Positions 9,132 to 17,060 of a stretch of DNA of 64,000 bases are shown in pieces. Made by a program: the position numbers and the translations under genes. The stretch covers positions 200,085-264,084 of the forward strand of contig JALFCF010000003.1 in NCBI GenBank assembly GCA_022771205.1, read 5' to 3'. Source of the DNA: Mycoplasmatota bacterium (lineage in GTDB: Bacteria > Bacillota_I > Bacilli_A > RF39 > UBA660). The notes under the pieces were generated by a model that made no database searches, was not told the origin of the DNA, and saw nothing but the letters and a program-made list of their open reading frames with translations. The stretch's first letter is position 1; every line of letters begins with the position of its first letter.

Positions 9132-9159
9132 AGTTAACATAATATCAATTATAGGAAGT
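9132..9159 (-). other. dif: chromosomal dif site (XerC/XerD recombination site at the replication terminus)
   Basis: Minus strand reads ACTTCCTATAA-TTGATA-TTATGTTAACT; the Firmicute dif consensus is ACTTCCTA(G/T)AA-TATATA-TTATGTAAACT. It lies at the +/- gene-orientation switch. Confidence 0.92.
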
Positions 9160-9487
9160 TGAATAATAATAAAACAAATTAAAAATATTTAGAAATTTCT
9201 ACTAAATATTTCTTATACAATTTAATAAATTAATTTCCCAAGTGTTCTGCACTTATTTTTTTATAAAAAATCTGTAAAATGAAATTTAAAAATTTATACA
9301 ATATATAAATTTATTTTTAGTTTAATTTAATTAATTATATTTTATTAATTATCATATCCATATACAACCATATTATATAAATAACTATATAATAGATATA
9401 CATGAATGATGTTATAATATTATGGGTAACATATACATGTATAATAATAGGTAGTCACTACCCCTACTATTTTAGTATTAAAAAAAT

Positions 9488-9626
9488 AGGGTGTTCTAAT
9501 TTGATTTGAATTCAAAAAAGATGGGTAATTGTTCGCCTCAATTCATTTGAGAGCATTCTAAATTAAATCGAAATATTAAAAGATGGATAATTATACGTCT
9601 CGATTTATTTAAGAACATTTTAAATT
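9488..9626. repeat. degenerate tandem repeat, 62-bp period, about 2.3 units
   Basis: 9520-9564 vs 9582-9626 match at 36/45 positions, with 8 of 9 mismatches being transitions; weaker match 9488-9519 vs 9550-9581. Confidence 0.75.
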
Positions 9627-9726
9627 GAAGATATATAGTTATCTATACAATTTATTTAATAAATTTTTAATATATGTGTATAAATATTAATTATCTGAAA
9701 ACACTAAGTTTATAGGAGGAGAAATA

Positions 9727-9891
9727 ATGAACAAAGGAACAATAAAATGTGATGTAGAAACATGCAAACATAACAATTGTGAAAATGGTTGTTGTGAATT
9801 AGATGAAATAAAAATCAGTTGTACATGCAATAACAATTGTTGTAAAAAAACAGAAGAAACAATCTGTCAAAGTTTTAAAAAAGCAAAGTAG
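9727..9891 (+). CDS. DUF1540-like cysteine-rich small protein (not in ORF track)
   Basis: AGGAGGAG RBS; MNKGTIKCDVETCKHNNCENGCCELDEIKISCTCNNNCCKKTEETICQSFKKAK*; IxCxVxxCxHN...C...I.I...T.C.SF pattern. Confidence 0.88.
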   Translation: MNKGTIKCDVETCKHNNCENGCCELDEIKISCTCNNNCCKKTEETICQSFKKAK

Positions 9892-9902
9892 GGGGGAGAC
9901 AA

Positions 9903-9931
9903 AAAAACTATGGAAAAAAACCATAGTTTTT
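9903..9931. terminator. bidirectional intrinsic terminator
   Basis: AAAAACTATGG-A7-CCATAGTTTTT between convergent genes. Confidence 0.8.
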
Positions 9932-10925
9932 ATTTTTTTAATACACTTCCCCTACTTGTTTGGTTTGCAAATTCATAATAAGATTTCATTATATTGTCTC
10001 TAAAAGATAACTCTTCATCAACTAAAGTTCCATCAGAAAGAACTCTAGTAGCAGAACAAAATCTCTTAGATTCTGGTAACAAATTATCCATCTGATCGGC
10101 TAAATAAGACAACTCAGTATATTGATTTTGAGATACTCTTTCTGGAATATAAGCAAACAATTCCCCTTCTCTAAAAAGTAATATTGCTGTTGAAAACTCG
10201 ATAGTTTCTTGAACTATACCAATATTTTCTTCATGAACATCACGTCCAGTCATACAAGATAATAAATAGTTCAATGTCTCCTGATGACCATTTTTAGTTA
10301 CCGTAGAGCTATATCTCTCCCCTTCACTATTGACAACTACTACTCCACAATAATTATGATTAATGGGAAAAGAATAAGTGCAAGTCTCCATAAGCATCTT
10401 TTTAATATCAAACGTACGAAATTCATGAAACATTGTAGTTTCATCTTTTGATAATTGTCCGAAACTATCTTTTAAAAATAAAGAAATGGCTTCCTGAAAA
10501 GAAATTCTTTTACCAGTAATATACATAGGTGGATAACACTCATAATCAAAACCGAATGGTGTTTTTTCTTTAACATATACCAAATTATAATGACATTTTT
10601 CTTCACTAAATAAATTTTGAATTTGTTGAAACCGTTTTTGCAATAAATCCGCATTATCATAAGATATGCTATTAGGCAAAAAAACAGTTACATACTTACC
10701 AGGAACTTCCATAGCAGCACCATTACGAAACTTAATATTATTAGTAGCATGAATAATTGGAATACCCTTTTCCCAATACTCAGTATATTCGTGATGTACA
10801 AAAGGAACATGCCAAAATCCTCGTTGATAATCATAATAAATTAATCCTAAAAAATTCCCTTCAGCACTGACAGTGTATTCTGAAGGGAATTTTGAATCTA
10901 AAACATAAACTTTAGAAATATCCAT
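9930..10925 (-). CDS. hypothetical protein with an apparent internal domain duplication
   Basis: 331-aa ORF directly downstream of deoB; no family recognised. Confidence 0.75.
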   Translation of the reverse strand: MDISKVYVLDSKFPSEYTVSAEGNFLGLIYYDYQRGFWHVPFVHHEYTEYWEKGIPIIHATNNIKFRNGAAMEVPGKYVTVFLPNSISYDNADLLQKRFQQIQNLFSEEKCHYNLVYVKEKTPFGFDYECYPPMYITGKRISFQEAISLFLKDSFGQLSKDETTMFHEFRTFDIKKMLMETCTYSFPINHNYCGVVVVNSEGERYSSTVTKNGHQETLNYLLSCMTGRDVHEENIGIVQETIEFSTAILLFREGELFAYIPERVSQNQYTELSYLADQMDNLLPESKRFCSATRVLSDGTLVDEELSFRDNIMKSYYEFANQTSRGSVLKK

Positions 10926-10931
10926 ATAACA

Positions 10932-12098
10932 TTACTCCAACTCATCTAAGCAACTTTTGCCAATAGGAGGCATCTCTACTTCAAAGTTATCAGCAATAGT
11001 TGCACCAATATCAGCTAAAGTATCAAAAGCATTCAATCTTTTAGGATTTAAAAAGTCTCTACTATACATAATAACAGGAACATTTTCTCTAGTATGATCA
11101 GTTCCAGGGAATGTAGGATCATTCCCATGATCTGCAGTAATAATCAATAAATCGCCCGTATCTAATTTATTTAAAATAATAGGAATCTCAACATCTAATT
11201 CTTCTAAAGCCCTACCATAACCCTCAACATCTCTAGTATGACCATACATACTATCAAAATCTGATAAATTAACCATGCAAAGTCCCGTAAAATTTTTATC
11301 TATAATATCAGTAAATTTATTAATAGCTTCTATATTATTATTAGCTTTCATCTGTTTATTGATACCTTGACCATCAAATATATCATTAATTTTACCAATC
11401 CCAATAACATTATATTTATTTTCAAGCAAACTATCTAAGACACTTTTTTCCGGCGGTTTCACAGAGTAATCACGCCTACCACTATGAACAAATTTATAAT
11501 GTCCTGGAGTCCCAGTAAAAGGTCGAGCAATGACTCTACCAACTCTCCATTCATCCTTAAGTGTTAATGCCCGAATTCTTTCACAATATTCATATAACGT
11601 TGAAACTGGAATACAATCCTCATGTGCAGCCACCTGTAAATCAGAATCAGCAGAAGTATAAATAATTAAAGAACCATAATTTTGTTGACGTTCCCCAAGT
11701 TCTTGTAAAATGGAATCATCTTGACAACATTTATTACCAATAACTCTACGACCAGTTACCTGTTCAATTCCATTTAAAATATCAAAAGTAAATCCCTGAT
11801 TAAAAGTCTTAAATGGAATATGATTAACAATTCCCATCATCTCATAATGTCCATTCAAACTATCTTTACCGGCATTTTTAGGTTTCGCAATAGTATAATA
11901 AGCATCAACATCTGAATTATCATTCATATTTAAAGTGTCTAAAAATCCAATCTTCTTTAAATTAGGAATAAACAAATCATATTTCTCCTTTACATGGCCT
12001 AATGTATTTGCTCCAGTATCTCCATAATTGATAGCATCAATCGCTTCACCAACACCCAAAGAATCCAAAACCATTAAAAATATACGTTTAAATTTCAT
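10932..12098 (-). CDS. deoB: phosphopentomutase
   Basis: RIFLMVLDSLGVG, GKDSLNGHYEMMG, VIARPFTG, DSMYGHTRD, ITADHGNDPT, GTDHTRE; ATG overlaps the xerD stop (ATGA). Confidence 0.96.
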   Translation of the reverse strand: MKFKRIFLMVLDSLGVGEAIDAINYGDTGANTLGHVKEKYDLFIPNLKKIGFLDTLNMNDNSDVDAYYTIAKPKNAGKDSLNGHYEMMGIVNHIPFKTFNQGFTFDILNGIEQVTGRRVIGNKCCQDDSILQELGERQQNYGSLIIYTSADSDLQVAAHEDCIPVSTLYEYCERIRALTLKDEWRVGRVIARPFTGTPGHYKFVHSGRRDYSVKPPEKSVLDSLLENKYNVIGIGKINDIFDGQGINKQMKANNNIEAINKFTDIIDKNFTGLCMVNLSDFDSMYGHTRDVEGYGRALEELDVEIPIILNKLDTGDLLIITADHGNDPTFPGTDHTRENVPVIMYSRDFLNPKRLNAFDTLADIGATIADNFEVEMPPIGKSCLDELE

Positions 12099-13003
12099 TC
12101 TTTCCAATCTCCTTTATGCTCCCTAGGATGATATTTCTTATAATCTGCTTCAACTTTTTCATCACTAACATGTGTATAAATCTTAGTAGTAGAAATATCA
12201 GAATGCCCTAACATTTCCTGAATACTTCTTAAATCAGCGCCACGGCTTAATAAATGAGTTGCAAAACTATGCCGCAATGTATGTGGCGAAACATCAGGAT
12301 TTAATCCTTTATCCAAAAGCAATTGCTTTAATATCTTAAAAAAACCCTGCCTAGTTATTTGTTTTCCATGATTATTTAAAAATAAACTATCTTCTTGCCG
12401 ATTATTTTTAATTAATAATCCACGATGTTCCAAATACAACTTTAAATAATAAATTCCATACTCACCAATTGGAATTTCTCTTTCTTTTCTACCTTTACCC
12501 ATAATACGAATCATTCCATTTTCCAAATCTATTTGATTCATATTAAGACTCACTAACTCACTCACTCGAAGTCCTGCACCATACATCAATTCTAACATAG
12601 CTTTATTACGATAGTCAAATGGCGTAATTAGAGAAATATTAAGAAGCAAGTCTACATCCTCAACACTTAGAGTACGAGGAAGCCTTTTTTGCAGTTTAGG
12701 GCGAGAAATAAACATGCTAACATCATCTTTCACAATATTTTCTTTTATTAAATATCTATGAAAATTTTTAATTACAGTTAAATTATGAGCAAGAGTACTA
12801 GTACTTTCACTTTGTCCTCGTTTTTTTAAAAATTCTTTAATATTATCACTACTAATTTCTTTAACATTACTAATACCTTTAGATTTTAAAAATTGTAGAT
12901 AAATATCTAAATCATTCTGATAAGATTTAACAGTTTGATCAGTAAGTCCTTTTTCAAAAAGAGAAAACTGTATAAAATCTGTAATAGCATCTTCTATCTT
13001 CAT
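12095..13003 (-). CDS. xerD: tyrosine recombinase XerD (RipX-like)
   Basis: YRNKAMLELMYGAGLRVSEL, GKGRKER, VSPHTLRHSFATHLL.RGADLRSIQEMLGH, TTKIYTHV; ripX-drm synteny as in Bacillus. Confidence 0.92.
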   Translation of the reverse strand: MKIEDAITDFIQFSLFEKGLTDQTVKSYQNDLDIYLQFLKSKGISNVKEISSDNIKEFLKKRGQSESTSTLAHNLTVIKNFHRYLIKENIVKDDVSMFISRPKLQKRLPRTLSVEDVDLLLNISLITPFDYRNKAMLELMYGAGLRVSELVSLNMNQIDLENGMIRIMGKGRKEREIPIGEYGIYYLKLYLEHRGLLIKNNRQEDSLFLNNHGKQITRQGFFKILKQLLLDKGLNPDVSPHTLRHSFATHLLSRGADLRSIQEMLGHSDISTTKIYTHVSDEKVEADYKKYHPREHKGDWKE

Positions 13004-13129
13004 AGTACCACCTAATAATAAGTATAAGCTAAAGTGCAAAAAAAGACAACTAAGGGCATTTGAAAAACATCATAATTTATTATATAATAATTAAGCAATT
13101 ATTAAATCTTTAATAAAGTTGGTGATAAT

Positions 13130-14350
13130 ATGAATAAACCTTTAGCACAAAAACTGGCTCCAACAACATTATCTGAAGTAATAGGCCAAAAGCATCTTCT
13201 AGGTGAAGGTAAAATATTAACAAATCTAGTAAAAAATAAGAAATTATTTTCTATGATATTATATGGAAAACCAGGAATAGGAAAAACATCAATTGCAAAC
13301 GCTATTGCTAATGACTTAGGAGAACGATATCGTTTTTTAAATGCCACAGTAAATACAAAAAAAGATTTAGATATTGTAATAGAAGAAGCAAAGATGTATG
13401 ATGGCATGATTTTAATTATGGATGAAATACATAGGCTAAATAAAGATAAACAAGATATCTTATTACCACAATTAGAAAGTGGATTAATTACTTTAATTGG
13501 TATGACAACTTCAAATCCATATCATGCTATTAATCCTGCAATACGTAGTAGATGCCAACTATTTGAATTAAAAGAATTAGAAATAAATGATATTAAAGAA
13601 GGCCTTAAAAAAGCCATAAAACACCCTGATTTAAAAGGAATAGAAATTGATGATAAAAGTATCGAACTTATTGCAAAACTCTCTGGAAACGACTTAAGAT
13701 ACGCTTACAATCTATTAGAAGTAGCATACTACTCTACCGATGATAAAAAAATAACAGAAGAAAAAATAAGAAAAATAAATAATAAACCTGTATTCTTTTC
13801 AGATAAAAACGGCGAAGGGCATTACGATGTATTAAGTGGTTTACAAAAATCAATTCGTGGAAGTGACGTAAACGCTGCCCTACACTATTTAGCCAGACTA
13901 GTAGTAGAAGGAGACTTAGATTCAATTTATAGAAGATTATCAGTTATTGCCTATGAAGATATAGGATTAGCAAACCCAGCTATAGGGCCAAGACTAGATG
14001 CCGCTATTAATGCTGCAGAAAGAACTGGATTACCAGAAGCAAGAATTCCATTAGGAACTATTGTCGCAGAAATGGCACTATCACCAAAAAGTAACACTGC
14101 TCATATCGCTTTTGATGAGGCTATTGCTGATATAGAAAAAGGAAATGTAGGAACGATCCCAAAACATATAAAAACCAATTCACCTGATTACAAATATCCC
14201 CATGATTATAAAGGAGCCTACGTAGTCCAACAATACCTACCAGATAAATTAAAAAATAAAAAATATTATCACCCAAAAGATATTGGATATGAAAAAAACA
14301 TAAAAGAAATTTATGAACGTTTAGAAAAAATAAAAAACCAAGGAAAATAA
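13130..14350 (+). CDS. rarA: replication-associated recombination protein A
   Basis: GQKHL, YGKPGIGKTS, DEIHR, TTSNP, SGLQKSIRGSD, EDIGLANP, YKYPHDY. Confidence 0.96.
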   Translation: MNKPLAQKLAPTTLSEVIGQKHLLGEGKILTNLVKNKKLFSMILYGKPGIGKTSIANAIANDLGERYRFLNATVNTKKDLDIVIEEAKMYDGMILIMDEIHRLNKDKQDILLPQLESGLITLIGMTTSNPYHAINPAIRSRCQLFELKELEINDIKEGLKKAIKHPDLKGIEIDDKSIELIAKLSGNDLRYAYNLLEVAYYSTDDKKITEEKIRKINNKPVFFSDKNGEGHYDVLSGLQKSIRGSDVNAALHYLARLVVEGDLDSIYRRLSVIAYEDIGLANPAIGPRLDAAINAAERTGLPEARIPLGTIVAEMALSPKSNTAHIAFDEAIADIEKGNVGTIPKHIKTNSPDYKYPHDYKGAYVVQQYLPDKLKNKKYYHPKDIGYEKNIKEIYERLEKIKNQGK

Positions 14351-14370
14351 TCCTTGTTTTTTTTATACAA

Positions 14371-14847
14371 TTATTTAGCTTGCAATAATGCAAAAAGACT
14401 TGTAACAATAGATATAGCTAAATACAACATAATATTGATAAAAAATAATGGTATAGAAAAATCAAGATCACGAAAGAAACAAAAATAAGTAGCCAAAAAA
14501 ATAAAAGATCTAATAATAATAGTAAATATACATATCACAACAAATTTATTTAAAAAATTCTTCTTATTAGACTCTCTCAATAACAAAAATTCCAAAGAAT
14601 GATCTTTATCATTCGTAAAAAATGTATAAGTAATATATACATGACAAGATATTTGAAATAACATCCACAATATCTTAACACCATCAAAATAAGGAGGAAT
14701 ACCAACTAACTTTGTAAAAGAAGAAATATCCATAGGTAACATTACCATATATAGAAAAATCATAAAATATAAAAATAGGTAAACAATAAACAGTAAGAAA
14801 TATTGTTTTTTTATCGCTTCAAATAAACTAAAAAAATTATACTTCAC
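14371..14847 (-). CDS. membrane protein, about 4 TM (ABC permease-like)
   Basis: Hydrophobic ORF overlapping the 3' end of the ABC ATPase gene. Confidence 0.7.
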   Translation of the reverse strand: MKYNFFSLFEAIKKQYFLLFIVYLFLYFMIFLYMVMLPMDISSFTKLVGIPPYFDGVKILWMLFQISCHVYITYTFFTNDKDHSLEFLLLRESNKKNFLNKFVVICIFTIIIRSFIFLATYFCFFRDLDFSIPLFFINIMLYLAISIVTSLFALLQAK

Positions 14848-15475
14848 CTTTTCTTACTTCTCCTGCATCAAAATAATAAATAAAATCTGACAGATTATCT
14901 AAATCTTCTTTTATATGAGTAGATATAATGATAAGTTTCCCTTTTTTCTTTTCTTCTTTTAAAATCTTACTTATTTTTGTAACACTATTAGCTTCTATCC
15001 CATTAAATGGTTCATCCAAAATAATTATATCTGGATCTTCCATTAATACTTGAGCAATTCCTAATTTTTGTTTCATTCCTAATGAATATTCAGAATACTT
15101 TTTATCTTTTTCTTCGTATAAATTAACATTTTTTAATGCTTCTTCTATTTCTGCTTTACCAATTTTATTTTGAATCTTAGCTAACAACTCTAAATTCTCA
15201 TAACCAGTTAATTCTGGAAAGAAGTTTGGCTTTTCAATTAAAGCTCTCATATTTAACAAATGCAAATCATCTTTATCATACTTTTTATCATCAAATAAAA
15301 CTTCTCCACTACTAGGCTTATAAAGACCACATAAGATTTTTAAAAAGATACTTTTACCAGCGCCATTTCTACCACTTAATCCATAGATATGACCACTTTC
15401 AAAAGAAGCATCAACATCTCTTAAAACTAAATTATTTCTAAACTTTTTACTAATATTTTTAACTTCTATTTTCAT
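14837..15475 (-). CDS. ABC transporter ATP-binding protein
   Basis: GRNGAGKS Walker A, YSLGMKQKL signature, IIILDEP Walker B, STH switch. Confidence 0.95.
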   Translation of the reverse strand: MKIEVKNISKKFRNNLVLRDVDASFESGHIYGLSGRNGAGKSIFLKILCGLYKPSSGEVLFDDKKYDKDDLHLLNMRALIEKPNFFPELTGYENLELLAKIQNKIGKAEIEEALKNVNLYEEKDKKYSEYSLGMKQKLGIAQVLMEDPDIIILDEPFNGIEANSVTKISKILKEEKKKGKLIIISTHIKEDLDNLSDFIYYFDAGEVRKGEV

Positions 15476-15483
15476 AATTCCTC

Positions 15484-16383
15484 CTAATTATTAGCTTCAC
15501 ATGATATTACAAATCTCTCTTTGTTTCGGTAAGCTAAATAAACTCCTAAAAAAGATAAAAGAAGAAAACTAATATTTACAATAAATAATGCTGGAATACC
15601 AAATAAATCATTAAATCCAAAAATATCCATAATATTAAATATCATTCCAAGTTCTGTATGAAATACTCTCTGTAAAATAAGTACTCTAACAACAGTCTCC
15701 AAAAATATTTCAATTGAAAAAAATACAATATAAGATAAGATAATACAAGGAATAAATTTCTTTTGAAATCTCGCTACAATTAAAGAAATATTTACATAAA
15801 TTGTAGATACAATTAAAACATTTAATAAATAAAGGAAAATAAACAATACCGGATGATAAATTAACTTTGTACTCCACCTCATACCATAAGCAATAGAATA
15901 TTCAGGAGTAAGTGTATACGTAAATAATAAAGGAAGCATCAATATAATAGCGAGTACTGGTAATATCCAAAGATATTTATAAGCAGTAAATAACATTTTT
16001 TTAATAAAACTTTTATAACTTTCCCGTAAATTAGTATTCAAAATATATTTATTTCTTAACATTCTGCAAATTTGAATCATTGATGGAATAATAACAATTA
16101 AAAATAGAAAATAACCAAACGATTGTACATGCCATATTAATACTTCTGAAAATTCAGAATAAAAATCTGGTTCAATCACTTCATTCGTAAGTATTTCATG
16201 ACAAAATTTCTTTTCTCCTTCATCTGTAATTGTTTTTGTCTTACATCGTTCTATATAATTATTTCTAGTTTCAGCTATTCCCTGATTATTCTTTATAACC
16301 TGATAGTCACCATAAAGAAAAATAGCACCAAATACCACCAAAATTACTATTACAACAACATTACGTCTCAAAAATTTTTTCAT
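15484..16383 (-). CDS. ABC-2-type permease-like membrane protein
   Basis: N-terminal TM, external loop, about 5-6 further TMs; GAGGTG RBS before MKKFLRR. Confidence 0.75.
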   Translation of the reverse strand: MKKFLRRNVVVIVILVVFGAIFLYGDYQVIKNNQGIAETRNNYIERCKTKTITDEGEKKFCHEILTNEVIEPDFYSEFSEVLIWHVQSFGYFLFLIVIIPSMIQICRMLRNKYILNTNLRESYKSFIKKMLFTAYKYLWILPVLAIILMLPLLFTYTLTPEYSIAYGMRWSTKLIYHPVLFIFLYLLNVLIVSTIYVNISLIVARFQKKFIPCIILSYIVFFSIEIFLETVVRVLILQRVFHTELGMIFNIMDIFGFNDLFGIPALFIVNISFLLLSFLGVYLAYRNKERFVISCEANN

Positions 16384-16426
16384 AAAACACCTCATATTTA
16401 AGTAAAGAGTTTATAGAACAATTATT

Positions 16427-16831
16427 TTAATAAGTCCAAGTAAAAGATACTGTAGAAGGCAAAGCTGTAGGACCTACTCGTTTTATCTTCACATAATATC
16501 TTCCAGGAGGCATATCTGTATCCCCAGGAAAAGAACCTGTCTGGTTCATTTTCAAACGCAATCTACCTTCAGTTTTCCCCGTTTCCTCATTATGTAGTTC
16601 AAAATCAAACTCACAATTAGGACAAGGATCTGTCATTGGAGTATACGCATTTCTAATTTTAATTTTTTGTCCATCCCAACTTGTTTTATTAATAGAATTT
16701 GATCTTGTCCATGATAAAGGACTAAGATTATAATAAGTCATATCAATAGTTGCCGCATCTACAGAACAAGGAATAACTATAATTCCTAATGCAATCGCTA
16801 GAGTTAATCCAAACTTTTTAAAACTTTTCAT
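16427..16831 (-). CDS. secreted protein (Sec signal peptide), first gene of the ABC cassette
   Basis: MKSFKK + hydrophobic core + VDA|A cleavage site; about 108-aa beta-rich mature part with CPNC. Confidence 0.8.
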   Translation of the reverse strand: MKSFKKFGLTLAIALGIIVIPCSVDAATIDMTYYNLSPLSWTRSNSINKTSWDGQKIKIRNAYTPMTDPCPNCEFDFELHNEETGKTEGRLRLKMNQTGSFPGDTDMPPGRYYVKIKRVGPTALPSTVSFTWTY

Positions 16832-16900
16832 AAAAATTCATCCACATACTAATTTAAATCAAAATTTCAAACTATAAACTCTTTACAATTTCATTGTACT

Positions 16901-16963
16901 ATTATAAAAACTAAATTCTTAAAAATTCCGCGAATGATACTCCTAGCTACCACGAACAGTATA
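16901..16963 (-). promoter_or_regulatory. putative activator-dependent promoter with two direct repeats
   Basis: TATAAT at 16901-16906 with no good -35; plus-strand CCGCGAATGATA (16928) and CCACGAACAGTA (16950), 22-bp period. Confidence 0.45.
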
Positions 16964-17020
16964 CCAACTACTCTTCTATATTCATTTTATCATAAAAAGA
17001 ACTAAAGAAAAGAATAAAAA

Positions 17021-17053
17021 AGTTCATTTACAAAACACTTTGTTAAATGAACT
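17021..17053 (-). terminator. terminator after holA
   Basis: AGTTCATTTA...TAAATGAACT inverted repeat, T-tract on the minus strand. Confidence 0.7.
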
Positions 17054-17060
17054 AAAACAT

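Noticed and set aside
9190-9212. Resemblance to a B. subtilis Ter (RTP) site
   Set aside because: Spacing between the matching blocks is two bases off and no rtp gene is visible
9402-9509. 35-codon ORF MNDVIILWVTYTCIIIGSHYPYYFSIKKIGCSNLI
   Set aside because: No RBS, it overlaps promoter-like sequence, and I recognise no similarity
9488-9626. 62-bp periodicity as a CRISPR array
   Set aside because: Similarity covers the whole unit with no unique spacers, there are under three copies, and no cas genes are present
12095-13003. Tyrosine recombinase as a prophage or ICE integrase
   Set aside because: Sequence and deoB linkage match housekeeping XerD/RipX; no phage, conjugation or att features are nearby
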